A stretch of DNA of 64,000 bases from Bdellovibrionota bacterium (GTDB lineage Bacteria > Bdellovibrionota_C > UBA2361 > JBGSMV01): assembly GCA_041739995.1 (NCBI GenBank), contig JBGSMV010000059.1:1-64000 (forward strand). Reading direction: 5' to 3'. This document shows positions 9,961 through 19,418 of the stretch, piece by piece. Numbering within the stretch: the first letter of the stretch is position 1; every line of letters starts with the position of its first letter. The notes under the pieces are model-generated. The model was not told where the DNA came from. It was given only the letters and a program-made list of their open reading frames with translations, and did no database searches. A program made the position numbers and the translations under genes.

Positions 9961-10521
9961 CTAGTCTTGGCCCTCGGGTGCGAGCAAAAGCACTACCGCA
10001 CTGGCAGTAATCCCCTCGCCTCTTCCAACGAAGCCAAGACGCTCAGTGGTCGAGGCTTTAATCGAGATTCGAGACGTCGGGAGGACAAGCGCCCCTCCGA
10101 TGGTCTCTTTCATTTTATCAATGTAAGGAGCGACGCGCGGCGCTTCGGCAAGAAGGCAGCAGTCGGCATTAATCAGGCTAAAACCTTCCTCTAAAAGCAT
10201 CTTCCAGGCGCGAGACAGTAAGGTAAGGCTAGAAATTCCTTTGAGGGAGGCATCGGTGTCTGGGAAAAAGTGCCCGATGTCTGGCTTTCCGGCCGCACCT
10301 AAGAGCGCATCGGTTAGGGCATGCAAGAGTGCATCTGCGTCGGAGTGCCCGACCAGCGTTTGAGCATGTGGAATCGCAACTCCACCAAGAGTGCAAAATG
10401 AGTTTGACGGGCAGCCCTTGTCCATTATCGGCGCAAAGGGGTGAACGTCAATGCCATGTCCGACACGCATTCGGGTCAATGCCATGGAAAGCTGATCGGC
10501 GCGGATATCAGTCTTTGTCAT
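9961..10521 (-). CDS. ispF: 2-C-methyl-D-erythritol 2,4-cyclodiphosphate synthase
   Basis: RVGHGIDVH, GHSDADALLHALTDALLGA, DIGHFFPD, KASTTERLGFVGRGEG. Confidence 0.96.
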   Translation of the reverse strand: MTKTDIRADQLSMALTRMRVGHGIDVHPFAPIMDKGCPSNSFCTLGGVAIPHAQTLVGHSDADALLHALTDALLGAAGKPDIGHFFPDTDASLKGISSLTLLSRAWKMLLEEGFSLINADCCLLAEAPRVAPYIDKMKETIGGALVLPTSRISIKASTTERLGFVGRGEGITASAVVLLLAPEGQD

Positions 10522-10601
10522 TTCGGCTGCCTGTACTCTGTTGAATGTTGATCATGTTCCAGTCGTGGCGATCTGTTCACTAAGCGTCTTATGGAAACGT
10601 A

Positions 10602-11471
10602 CTATCCGAGGCTTGTGCCGTGTCTTAATAGGAGCTGCTCCACATGAAAAGCCAGGGCCTCAGGTCCATGCTTCTCCGAGAGTTTCATGCTTACGGTTGC
10701 CGCAATAAAGCGCGGGATGAAATTTCTGGTCTGTTGGCTAAGTCCGCCAGAGCGTGAAATCTCCCAAAAGTCAGTACTCTTCGCTTTGCGAATGGCTCTG
10801 CGTACTGCACCGCTTCCGGCGTTGTAGGCGGCCAGGGCAAGGTACCAGTCTCCAAATTCAAGGTATAGGTCACGCAACAAACGCGCGGCCGCGATAGTTG
10901 AGAGCACTGGGTCTGTGCGATTATCAACACGCCCCTCTACCTTTAGCCCATACATGCGGGCTGTGGACCGAGTAAATTGCCAAAGGCCGACTGCCCCTGC
11001 CCTACTTCTAGCGGTTGTATGAAAGCGGCTCTCAATGACGGCAAGATTGCTGAGATCTAATGGCACCCCTTCATCCAGGAATATCTCGCCTATGGTCGAC
11101 TTTAATGGCTCGCGACGTTCCAGGGAAACCCGGATACAGGCGGCGTCTCCCTTCAGAAATTCCTTAATCTCGCGTTTTACCTCGTGCGTAATTTCAAGCG
11201 GAGGTGCAGGTAGCGGAGGTGGTCTGCGATACGGGGCAAATTTGAGCTCTCCCGCAGCGAAAAGCTCCTCCTGCGAGAGGCCGTTTTGAGAGAGACCGTT
11301 TTGAGAGAGACTCTGTGCCACGTTGGTCGGTGGTTCGCTACTTTCATGAGGGCCATGAATAAGCGAGCAGCCCGAGAGCATGGCGCACATAGAGGCCAGG
11401 ACGAGCAGCAAAGATGGTTTTAAGGGACAAGGGTATTTCAAGGGCATCGCAATTGAATCGTAGAACGGCAT
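10602..11471 (-). CDS. Lytic transglycosylase (SLT/MltD-like catalytic domain), probable lipoprotein, no LysM
   Basis: IESRF, AGAVGLWQF, LALAAYNAG motifs; lipobox LSGC; ATG 11471 preceded by GGAG. Confidence 0.88.
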   Translation of the reverse strand: MPFYDSIAMPLKYPCPLKPSLLLVLASMCAMLSGCSLIHGPHESSEPPTNVAQSLSQNGLSQNGLSQEELFAAGELKFAPYRRPPPLPAPPLEITHEVKREIKEFLKGDAACIRVSLERREPLKSTIGEIFLDEGVPLDLSNLAVIESRFHTTARSRAGAVGLWQFTRSTARMYGLKVEGRVDNRTDPVLSTIAAARLLRDLYLEFGDWYLALAAYNAGSGAVRRAIRKAKSTDFWEISRSGGLSQQTRNFIPRFIAATVSMKLSEKHGPEALAFHVEQLLLRHGTSLG

Positions 11472-11546
11472 TTCTCCGCCAGCAACTCCTGGCTTGCGGG
11501 GTTGGTGGCAAGTCCGTACCCTTGTCTCACTACGGAGGGCACGCCC

Positions 11547-12242
11547 ATGACACAAGCTATGTATTCTAGATCATCGAGGTATTTTATTTCCAGGGCATCT
11601 CTTGCTGCTTTATCGGTGCCGGCGGTGCTCGCCAGTGCGGTATTGTGCGGAGTGACAGGGTGTAGTTCGGCGGTCGACTCAGAGGCTAAGCTCTCCCGTT
11701 CGTCAACGCAGCCCGACGCAGTCCAGCACATGGTGAGGAATGTAGCCTTGCGTGATGGTTCTGTCGCCGTCGGGGGTCCGATACCTGCAATTCAACCTCT
11801 TTCAGAGCTGCTTAAATCTGCACAGGCTCTTGGGTTTTCTCCGGTGGATGTTATGCACGAAGGCCACTGGCTTTCGATTGACACTCAAAACAATACGTTA
11901 CGCCTCATGGAGGGTGCCAAGGAAGTCATGAGAGGCGAAGTGCAGTCTGATTCCTCGCTTCGACCGGGGACTTTCAGCCTTAAACATAAGCAACGTAGCG
12001 CCCCATGGTACGCACCTGACGAGTATTTTAACTCTCGCGGTCTTTCCGTTCCTGGAGAGGGCGAAAAGGGTAGGTTCCTCAGAGGCGCCTTGGGAGAGTT
12101 TGCATTATTTCTCGACAAGCAGACGCCTTTGCATTCAGGGCCAATCGCCAGTGCTGAGCTAGGTGGTGTTAAGGTAGACGAAACCGTGCTTTCGCGCGTG
12201 TATTATTCGCTTGAGATTGGCGCGCCTATCGAGGTGCGTTAG
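11547..12242 (+). CDS. L,D-transpeptidase (YkuD)-fold lipoprotein lacking the catalytic Cys
   Basis: Lipobox VTGC; LSIDTQNNTLRL...PGTFSLKHK...PWYAP...GALGEFAL...LH...VYYSLEIGAPIEV follows the YkuD layout; GGAGG RBS before ATG 11547. Confidence 0.65.
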   Translation: MTQAMYSRSSRYFISRASLAALSVPAVLASAVLCGVTGCSSAVDSEAKLSRSSTQPDAVQHMVRNVALRDGSVAVGGPIPAIQPLSELLKSAQALGFSPVDVMHEGHWLSIDTQNNTLRLMEGAKEVMRGEVQSDSSLRPGTFSLKHKQRSAPWYAPDEYFNSRGLSVPGEGEKGRFLRGALGEFALFLDKQTPLHSGPIASAELGGVKVDETVLSRVYYSLEIGAPIEVR

Positions 12243-12472
12243 TAGCTTCGGCTCTCCTCTTAGTGCCTCTGTGGCGGATCTTAGCAGAAGGTAGCACCTT
12301 GAATTCTCGCGTAATCCTTCTGAAGGCTGCTGCCCGCCTTGTCCAATTGGCCAAGACTAGGTTCTTTGTCCTTATTTTTTGACTGAGTTCCCGCGAGGTC
12401 ATATCCTGGAGACACTCTGCGTGTCTTTTTCGGATTCGCATGAGTGCGTTTTATTTTGGGTAGAGGCGTACG

Positions 12473-13369
12473 GTGAAGTACCAACAGCTCGGTAAGGGTA
12501 TTGTGAAGCGGCGCGAACAGCGCCAAGTGGCTCTTTTTATCGATGGTACCGGGCTTGACCGCGCCACGCGTCGAATTAGTCGAAAAGTCGACATGTCGGC
12601 CCTCGTTCGAGGCGTCACCTCGGGAACTCCCCCGGTTGTTGCTCGCTATTACACCCTCATTCCCTACGAAGACGATTCCAGACAGAGAGCATTTCTCGAC
12701 GCCGTAGCGCGAGCGGGCATGCAGGTCATTGTGAAGCGACTGCCGCCGAAGGGCATTACGCGTCAAGTCAGCGTTGATCCAGAAATGTCAGCCGACATCA
12801 TCGCCTTTGCGTTGGGGCATGACCGCTTTAGCGATCTCAGCGAGTACCGAGCCGAAGAGCCTGTTGCTCAGGACCGTCGACCCGCCGAAAATGCTGGTCG
12901 TGCGAGCTTTCGAGCACCAGGCATGTTCCCTGCGGGAAGTTCCCAAGTGCGACTGCGAGTTGGTGGTTCCATTCTTGCTCAAAACATGGACGTGCCGAGC
13001 TCCCCCGCTTCGCCACGTAGGGGGGGCTTGGGCACCGGCGCTTCGTTGGCGTTAGCCGAGGCACCATCAGCCGAAGAGGCGCTCGCGAGCGCGGCGATAG
13101 CGCAAAGCGAAGTAGTTGAACCGCTTGTTGAAACTGTGACGGAACAAAATGGCGCTCCTGAAGCTGCGAAACAAGCCGCCTCCGCCATTCACCGAGTGGT
13201 CACAGTGGTCTGCCCTGGGAGGGATGTATCCTATTCGATCTCGCTCGCCAAAGAGCTTGGAGCAGATACAGTCACGGCAGATTTTGGTCAATTCAACACC
13301 GGAGATGTGTTAAAGTCAGCCGCAAAGTGGATTGACCTCTCTGACTCCGAAACCATTTGGAGAAACTAA
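12473..13369 (+). CDS. NYN/LabA-DUF88 (PIN-fold) protein with long low-complexity insertion
   Basis: VALFIDG, ARYY, VDPEMSAD, AKELGA, WIDL motifs; stop overlaps the dnaB start (TAATG). Confidence 0.75.
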   Translation: MKYQQLGKGIVKRREQRQVALFIDGTGLDRATRRISRKVDMSALVRGVTSGTPPVVARYYTLIPYEDDSRQRAFLDAVARAGMQVIVKRLPPKGITRQVSVDPEMSADIIAFALGHDRFSDLSEYRAEEPVAQDRRPAENAGRASFRAPGMFPAGSSQVRLRVGGSILAQNMDVPSSPASPRRGGLGTGASLALAEAPSAEEALASAAIAQSEVVEPLVETVTEQNGAPEAAKQAASAIHRVVTVVCPGRDVSYSISLAKELGADTVTADFGQFNTGDVLKSAAKWIDLSDSETIWRN

Positions 13370-15039
13370 TGAGCAATGCGGCGTACCCTCGGCGAAAGGG
13401 TCCAGGGGGACACTCCTTTTCCAATGATCGCTCGGGTGGAAACTCTTCTTCAAACGGAGAAGGCGGATACGACAACGCGAGAGTTCCTCCTCATTCGCTA
13501 GAAGCTGAGGAGTCCGTAATCGGCGGCGTGTTGCTCGACAATGAATCGATCAACGCAGCTCTTGAACGCGTGCGCCCAGAGGATTTCTATCGCGGCACTC
13601 ATCGCGCTATTTTTTCTGCCATGGTGGCGCTCACCGAAAAACGCGAGCCCATCGACATCGTCACCCTAAGTGGACAGCTTCGCGCTCTCGGGCTGTTTGA
13701 CCAGTCCGGTGGCATAGAGAATCTGACGCGCCTTGCAAATCTCGTTCCTAGTGCCGCGAATGTTCCCTTTTATGCCAAGGTCGTGCGCGAAATGGCGCTC
13801 AGGCGCAGAATTATTCACGAGGCTTCAGACATTATCTCCGAAGCCTATGTGCTCGAAAATGAAGTTGAGAGTTTTCTTGATACCACGGAAGCCAAGATCC
13901 TCGGAGTTTCCGATTATCGCATCAATCCCTCATTTTTTCGTGTTTCGGACATCGTGCAGGAATCAATCAAGTTGGTTGAGAAGCTGTATGATCAAAAGCA
14001 GCCGGTAACGGGCACCGCGACAGGATTTACTCAGCTCGACCGTATGACTGCCGGATTTCAACCTTCGGATCTCATTATTATCGCCGCGCGTCCCGCAATG
14101 GGAAAAACGTCGCTTGCTCTGTGTATTGCCGAGCACGTTGGGGTGATTGACCGAAAACCTGCGGCAGTGTTTTCGCTCGAAATGTCCAAAGAGCAGATTG
14201 TGCTGCGTATGCTTTGCTCTCAGGCACGAGTAGATAATTCAAAGGTGAGAACGGGTCATCTTGGAGATCGCGACTTTCCTCGCCTGGTCGACGCGGCCAG
14301 CAGAATTGCCGAAGCACCAATTTTCATAGACGACACTGCTGCTATTTCAATTACTGAACTTCGCGCCAAGGCGCGGCGTTTGAATCGCGAACATCCGCTT
14401 TCCTGTATCGTGGTGGATTACTTACAGTTGATGCGAAGTCCCGCCTACATGCACAGTAGAGAGCAAGAAATCTCTGATATCTCTCGTTCTCTAAAAGCTT
14501 TGGCAAAAGAACTCTCTGTTCCAGTGATCGCGCTTTCTCAGCTCAACCGCTCGGTTGAGTCCCGTACTGACAAGCGGCCGGTGATGTCCGACTTGCGAGA
14601 ATCCGGCGCCATTGAACAAGACGCCGACGTTATTATGTTTGTGTATCGTGACGAGGTGTATAATCCAGACACGGTGGACAAAGGTGTCGCAGAGCTAATC
14701 ATCTCCAAGCAGCGTAACGGTCCTATCGGCACGGTGCGAGTTGCTTTTGCTCCGGAGTACACGCGCTTTGATAACCTTGAGGAACGTGACGAATACGATT
14801 CGATGGCAGGCGGAGGAGACGATTTCAGTCTGGGATTGAACATGGGCGGTGGACCGGACAGCGCGGCGCCCTCAGGCGGTTCGTTTTCATCGACGGGCGC
14901 ACAAGCTGGTGAGGCATCCCCTTCTGGGGACCATTCGCACTCTGGCTCTGGCGGGTCGAGCGACATTAGGAAGCCTTCAACCTCTTACTCTTCCTCCTTT
15001 GAAGGTTCTGACTTTGAGAATGAAGACGAGCCCTTTTAG
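13369..15039 (+). CDS. dnaB: Replicative DNA helicase DnaB
   Basis: PPHSLEAEESV, AARPAMGKT, FSLEMS, VDYLQLM, LSQLNR, DLRESGAIEQDAD, KQRNGP; no intein; acidic Gly/Ser tail. Confidence 0.98.
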   Translation: MSNAAYPRRKGPGGHSFSNDRSGGNSSSNGEGGYDNARVPPHSLEAEESVIGGVLLDNESINAALERVRPEDFYRGTHRAIFSAMVALTEKREPIDIVTLSGQLRALGLFDQSGGIENLTRLANLVPSAANVPFYAKVVREMALRRRIIHEASDIISEAYVLENEVESFLDTTEAKILGVSDYRINPSFFRVSDIVQESIKLVEKLYDQKQPVTGTATGFTQLDRMTAGFQPSDLIIIAARPAMGKTSLALCIAEHVGVIDRKPAAVFSLEMSKEQIVLRMLCSQARVDNSKVRTGHLGDRDFPRLVDAASRIAEAPIFIDDTAAISITELRAKARRLNREHPLSCIVVDYLQLMRSPAYMHSREQEISDISRSLKALAKELSVPVIALSQLNRSVESRTDKRPVMSDLRESGAIEQDADVIMFVYRDEVYNPDTVDKGVAELIISKQRNGPIGTVRVAFAPEYTRFDNLEERDEYDSMAGGGDDFSLGLNMGGGPDSAAPSGGSFSSTGAQAGEASPSGDHSHSGSGGSSDIRKPSTSYSSSFEGSDFENEDEPF

Positions 15040-15254
15040 TGCCGCTTGGTTTTCGTGATGGGACGCTGACGGCATCTTGCTGATTCCGGTTGAGCCTGGC
15101 GGGTAACGTCTTTTCCCGGTGCCTAAAGTCGAGAGTTTTTCAAACAAAATTCGGTCCTTTTTGCGACGGGAGGTCGATGCTAAAATCGCGGCGAAAGTTA
15201 TTGGACTTATGAAACCTAGACCGACGAGAGTTTTCTAACCGTGGAATCGATCTC

Positions 15255-15980
15255 ATGATAAACGTTCAATCCCTTCCGCACTTTCAATCCGCGTACCCTG
15301 AAATCTTCAGTGAGGAGCGACTTTTCACAGACACCAAGTGTCATTTCTCTCAGAGCGGTGAGGATTTAGTGGCCGAAGTTTTTTTACAACTTGTTGAGCC
15401 CCGCCCAGAAAAGGGTCTCATCGTAGACTTTGGGGCTTATCATCCCTACAAATATTCAAATACATTTCTCTTCTATCTTCAGGGATGGAGAGGAATTAAC
15501 GTTGATGCGAACAGTCAAGCTATCGCAGAGTTCAATCGCCTTCGACCGCAGGATCTAAACATTCACTCATTGATGAGTGATAAGACCGAAGATGTTGATT
15601 ACTACAAGTTCCCCGAGGGTGGCTATAATACCGTGCTTAAGTCGTCTGCCGATGTGCTCATCGCTCGAGGAAAGACCGACCCGGCAACTCAGACATTCGA
15701 GGTAGAGCGACTTCGGTCTGTGACACCGAATGAAATCTTGAGTAAGTATGCGCGAGGGGTGCCAATCGATTTCATGAGCATCGACCTTGAGGGCATGGAT
15801 GCCCCAGTGCTGCGGAGCATTGATTTTGATTCCTTTCGACCCAGGATTATCGCAGTAGAGCTACCACTTCATGAAATTCAGAGTGCGCCCTTGAGTGATA
15901 TTCTCCGCGAAGTGGGATACAGCCTGTATTCGATGTGTATCCATACAGCAATCTTAGTTGACGATCGGAACCGTCGATGA
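15255..15980 (+). CDS. FkbM-family SAM-dependent methyltransferase
   Basis: SQSGED, VDFGAYHP..SNT, GWRGINVDAN, IDFMSIDLEGMD. Confidence 0.88.
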   Translation: MINVQSLPHFQSAYPEIFSEERLFTDTKCHFSQSGEDLVAEVFLQLVEPRPEKGLIVDFGAYHPYKYSNTFLFYLQGWRGINVDANSQAIAEFNRLRPQDLNIHSLMSDKTEDVDYYKFPEGGYNTVLKSSADVLIARGKTDPATQTFEVERLRSVTPNEILSKYARGVPIDFMSIDLEGMDAPVLRSIDFDSFRPRIIAVELPLHEIQSAPLSDILREVGYSLYSMCIHTAILVDDRNRR

Positions 15981-16057
15981 TTCTAGGGATGCTGGTGGGC
16001 GGAGGGGCCCACGGGCTTTTGTGGTTCGGCGGGGTGTGTTGTTGGGTGGCCAGGCGC

Positions 16058-17113
16058 TTACGACTCTTCCTCTTCTGACTCGATGATCTCAGCAAGAGAT
16101 ATCTGCGCTAACGCAGGCCAATATAAGGCGCGCGCTAACAAGAAGTTCGCGTCTGGTCTAATGGAGTCCTCGTCGTCCTCAGCTTCTTCCTCTTCCTCCT
16201 CGCTCGGGGGAGCTTTCTTGGCGAGGTCAGCCACGGTGGCTTCCTTGAAAAACTCTAGCTCGAGAGCATCTGTCGGGTCAGGAGGCCTGGTTCTGAGCGC
16301 TCTAGTGAGCAGCAATTCGGCATCTTCTAGGTTCCCCTTGGAGTAGGAAACCTGAGCAAGCGCCATCAGAACCAGCGGGTCCGCGGAAGCACTTGGGTCT
16401 TCTCGAATTGCTGTCAGTAAATTCTCGGCCGCTTCAACCCTTCCCGCCGCGATCAATAGGCGCAGGTACCTAAGAGCAGCCGGACGAGACGGGGCCATTT
16501 TTGCTGATTCGCCCGCAAGGCAAACCGCGTCCTGCACATTGCCCAGCAGAAAGAAGAGCGCTGAAAGGCTCTGAGCCTGGGCGGCGGCAGGTCCGACTTC
16601 CCCGCGATCGAGGTAGATATCTAAAGCCTGCTGGTATGTATCTATTGCAGCGGTATAGCGAAATTCACTGGCAAGTGCGTGAGCCTTGCCGGCAAGCAAA
16701 AACGGGTTCAATGGATCTTCAGCCAATAACTGCTCGTAGCGACTGATAGCTTCAGAGGGCAGCCCGAGACGATCGTAGGTAGCAGCCAACGACACCTTTA
16801 GGTTGCGAGCGTGTGGACTGACGGCCAGAGCCAGGTGAAAGCCCAATGCGGCGTCGATGTAGCGTCCGCGATTGAATGCAGCCATAGCCTCTTGCGCGTT
16901 GCGAACTGCTCGTAGCTGAGGTGCGTCAATTTCCGCAGGAATAACGTCCTGGTCAGTGACTGCGGGTGCACAGGCGGAGCACAGGACTAGAAGCGAGGCT
17001 GCAATCATGACCACAAGTGCGAGACGCAGCGGCCGTAAACTGGAGTCTGCACTCGAGCCTGTTCGGGAATACTTTCGACAATCACTCATTCTGAATCCAG
17101 GTCCAGGGCCCAT
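16058..17113 (-). CDS. Tetratricopeptide-repeat protein, possible lipoprotein
   Basis: Repeated helical TPR-like patterns, hydrophobic N-terminus ending CSAC, acidic C-terminus; start overlaps the upstream stop. Confidence 0.75.
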   Translation of the reverse strand: MGPGPGFRMSDCRKYSRTGSSADSSLRPLRLALVVMIAASLLVLCSACAPAVTDQDVIPAEIDAPQLRAVRNAQEAMAAFNRGRYIDAALGFHLALAVSPHARNLKVSLAATYDRLGLPSEAISRYEQLLAEDPLNPFLLAGKAHALASEFRYTAAIDTYQQALDIYLDRGEVGPAAAQAQSLSALFFLLGNVQDAVCLAGESAKMAPSRPAALRYLRLLIAAGRVEAAENLLTAIREDPSASADPLVLMALAQVSYSKGNLEDAELLLTRALRTRPPDPTDALELEFFKEATVADLAKKAPPSEEEEEEAEDDEDSIRPDANFLLARALYWPALAQISLAEIIESEEEES

Positions 17114-17865
17114 TAAATAGAGAGGCGCTTAAATAGAGCTTCAGGAATATGTTTTATCACGAGCATAATGAAGCACCAGAACCAAGGGGCATAGACCACG
17201 TCACATTTTCCTACGAGGCCCTTACCTGATATGGCTCGAAAGATGACGTCGCCCACCGTTTCAGCAGAGGCAAACAACGGACCCTTAGGGAAGTCTTTTG
17301 TCATTGGGGTGTCTACGAATCCGGGCTTAATGGTGATGACGCGAACTCCCGAACTAAAGAGTCTGTTTCTTAGACCTTGAAGAAACCGCTCTAGTCCGCC
17401 TTTGGCAGTTCCGTAAAGATAATTGCTCTTACGCCCCCTGTCCCCTGCCACCGATCCAATTACGGCGATTGATCCAGAACCTTTCTGACGAAACGCTTCA
17501 GCGAGAATGGTGAGCCAGGAAATAGGAGAAACCAGATTAACTTTGAGCACCTCATGGGCGGCCGCGAAATCAGTGTTGCAGGCCTCTTGAGAGCCGAGTA
17601 CTCCATACGCTAATAAAACCACATCAAGTCCTCCAAAAGCCGAGAGTGCTTGCTCACAGAATCGAGGATGAAGCGAAGTATCGCTAAGATCACCAAGAAT
17701 GGACTTCACCTCCTTGGCACCACGCGCCACTAGGTCAGACTGAACTGCGGCGACTCGGTCAGGATGTCTACCAGCGAGAACAATCTGAGCTCCCTCAGCG
17801 GCAAAGCGTCTAGCAGTGGCGATAGCTATCGCTGAAGTGGCTCCAATGATGAGAACTCGTTTCAT
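17113..17865 (-). CDS. SDR oxidoreductase, DprE2-like (polyprenyl-phosphoryl-2-keto-pentose reductase)
   Basis: GATSAIA, SVAGDRGRKSNYLYGTAKGG, IKPGFVDTPMT; directly downstream of the DprE1-like gene. Confidence 0.85.
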   Translation of the reverse strand: MKRVLIIGATSAIAIATARRFAAEGAQIVLAGRHPDRVAAVQSDLVARGAKEVKSILGDLSDTSLHPRFCEQALSAFGGLDVVLLAYGVLGSQEACNTDFAAAHEVLKVNLVSPISWLTILAEAFRQKGSGSIAVIGSVAGDRGRKSNYLYGTAKGGLERFLQGLRNRLFSSGVRVITIKPGFVDTPMTKDFPKGPLFASAETVGDVIFRAISGKGLVGKCDVVYAPWFWCFIMLVIKHIPEALFKRLSI

Positions 17866-17901
17866 AGAGGTAGTATTTCCAAAGTATTTATATGCTGGAG
17901 C

Positions 17902-19386
17902 TTAAATAATCATTCGAGCAACGCGAGGTCCAGTTACTCTGCGCCAAAAACTAGACGAAAATCGTGGATCGATATGATCGGCGAAGCGGCTAAGCTGTGG
18001 GAAAAACGCCTCAAACGACTGCGCTTCCATCAGTGCGTCTTTGGCCGGATAGAGTGCTCCCTGCCATTCTCGTACCATGTGCTCGAGGCGATGGTATAAC
18101 CTTATCGTCGTCTCCCCACGGTTGGCAAAGTCAAGGCACAAAGTAGTGCCACGTCTTGGGAATGAGAGCATGCCAGGCGACTCTACCGACCCAAACTCTT
18201 TGAGTACGGCAAGAAATGAAGCTTCCCCAGAATCAACGATCGCACGGAAAAGTTGCTGAAGTGTCTTGCCGCTTGGTTCGGGAGGAATGACGCACTGAAA
18301 CTGGAAGAATCCATGGGGCCCATAGATGCGGTTCCAGCGCAGCACGCTGTCGAGTGGGTAGAAAAAGGGTGTGTAGGGAACCAGGCGTTTGCGAATCTTT
18401 GAGACCTGCTTGTGATAATAGAGCCCGTTAAACCAGCGTACGGTGGTGGGACAAAGTGCCCAAGAGGGTGCGTTGAATGGTACGGCAGCCAAGGTGCGGC
18501 TCATTGGCGGAACAGCTGACGCTCCCACTGGAAGGTCGCTGCGACGAGCGTGATTTCCGCGCATGAAAATTCCGCGCGCAAAGTTCTTGCCTGTTGAAAC
18601 GCAATCAATCCAAGAAACCGTATAGGCAAATCGGGAAGCGCTCTCCTCTGAGAGTTGGTGAAACTCTGCTAAAGAGGAGAACTGAATCTCTTCACTATTT
18701 ATAAATCCGGTTTCGATCGACTGAAGCTGGATGGTCGCATCAATGATAAGGCCGGTGAGCCCCAGTCCGCCGATGGTGGCTCGGAACAAATCGCTCTGTT
18801 CCGTGGGGCTGCAGCGCTGCACCTTTCCGTCGGAACGGCGCAGCGTCAACTCAAGCACGTGACAGCCAAAGGTTCCGGCCTGATGGTGATTCTTGCCGTG
18901 GATGTCGTTCGCGATAGCGCCGCCCAGAGTGACGAACTGAGTGCCAGGAGAAACCGGAAGAAACCAACCGGCGGGCACAATCACCCCGAGCATGTCTTTT
19001 AGGCTTACCCCAGACTCGCAGCGCAGAATCCCTAGAGCTCGATCGAAGTGAATAAAGCGGTCAAGGGCCTTAGTGGAGAGAATGATATTTCCGTCGTTAA
19101 GACAGGAGTCGCCATAGCTACGGGCCAGGCCTTGCGGGAGAAAGAGCTTGTTGGTGGGCAGGGTGTCGGCGCGCAGAGGATTCTGGTCACGCCACTTTAG
19201 GGCACGTACCTCTTGGCAGACTTGAGGGTAGCGGCCCCAAGACTGATACTCTGGGTTCGAAGAGCCAGGTGGCTTATTTTCCGCGGGAGCGACGGGTTCG
19301 GACGGCGGTCCGTTTTCGCCATGCGGGCGCATGTCGGGCTTGGATTCCGTTGATTGAGCGCCTTGTGTTGTTGAGTCTTCACTCAT
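17902..19386 (-). CDS. FAD-dependent oxidoreductase, DprE1-like (polyprenyl-phosphoryl-ribose 2'-oxidase)
   Basis: GLARSYGD, PVSPGTQFVTLGGAIANDIHGKNHH, GGLGLTG, FFYPLD..WNRIYG..GFFQFQ, FLAVLKEFG, LYPAKD. Confidence 0.88.
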   Translation of the reverse strand: MSEDSTTQGAQSTESKPDMRPHGENGPPSEPVAPAENKPPGSSNPEYQSWGRYPQVCQEVRALKWRDQNPLRADTLPTNKLFLPQGLARSYGDSCLNDGNIILSTKALDRFIHFDRALGILRCESGVSLKDMLGVIVPAGWFLPVSPGTQFVTLGGAIANDIHGKNHHQAGTFGCHVLELTLRRSDGKVQRCSPTEQSDLFRATIGGLGLTGLIIDATIQLQSIETGFINSEEIQFSSLAEFHQLSEESASRFAYTVSWIDCVSTGKNFARGIFMRGNHARRSDLPVGASAVPPMSRTLAAVPFNAPSWALCPTTVRWFNGLYYHKQVSKIRKRLVPYTPFFYPLDSVLRWNRIYGPHGFFQFQCVIPPEPSGKTLQQLFRAIVDSGEASFLAVLKEFGSVESPGMLSFPRRGTTLCLDFANRGETTIRLYHRLEHMVREWQGALYPAKDALMEAQSFEAFFPQLSRFADHIDPRFSSSFWRRVTGPRVARMII

Positions 19387-19418
19387 GACTAGTTAACCAC
19401 CGAAAACCTTGCACTAGG

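Noticed and set aside
13369..15039. Intein in the long DnaB
   Set aside because: The helicase motifs are contiguous; the extra length is in low-complexity N- and C-terminal tails.
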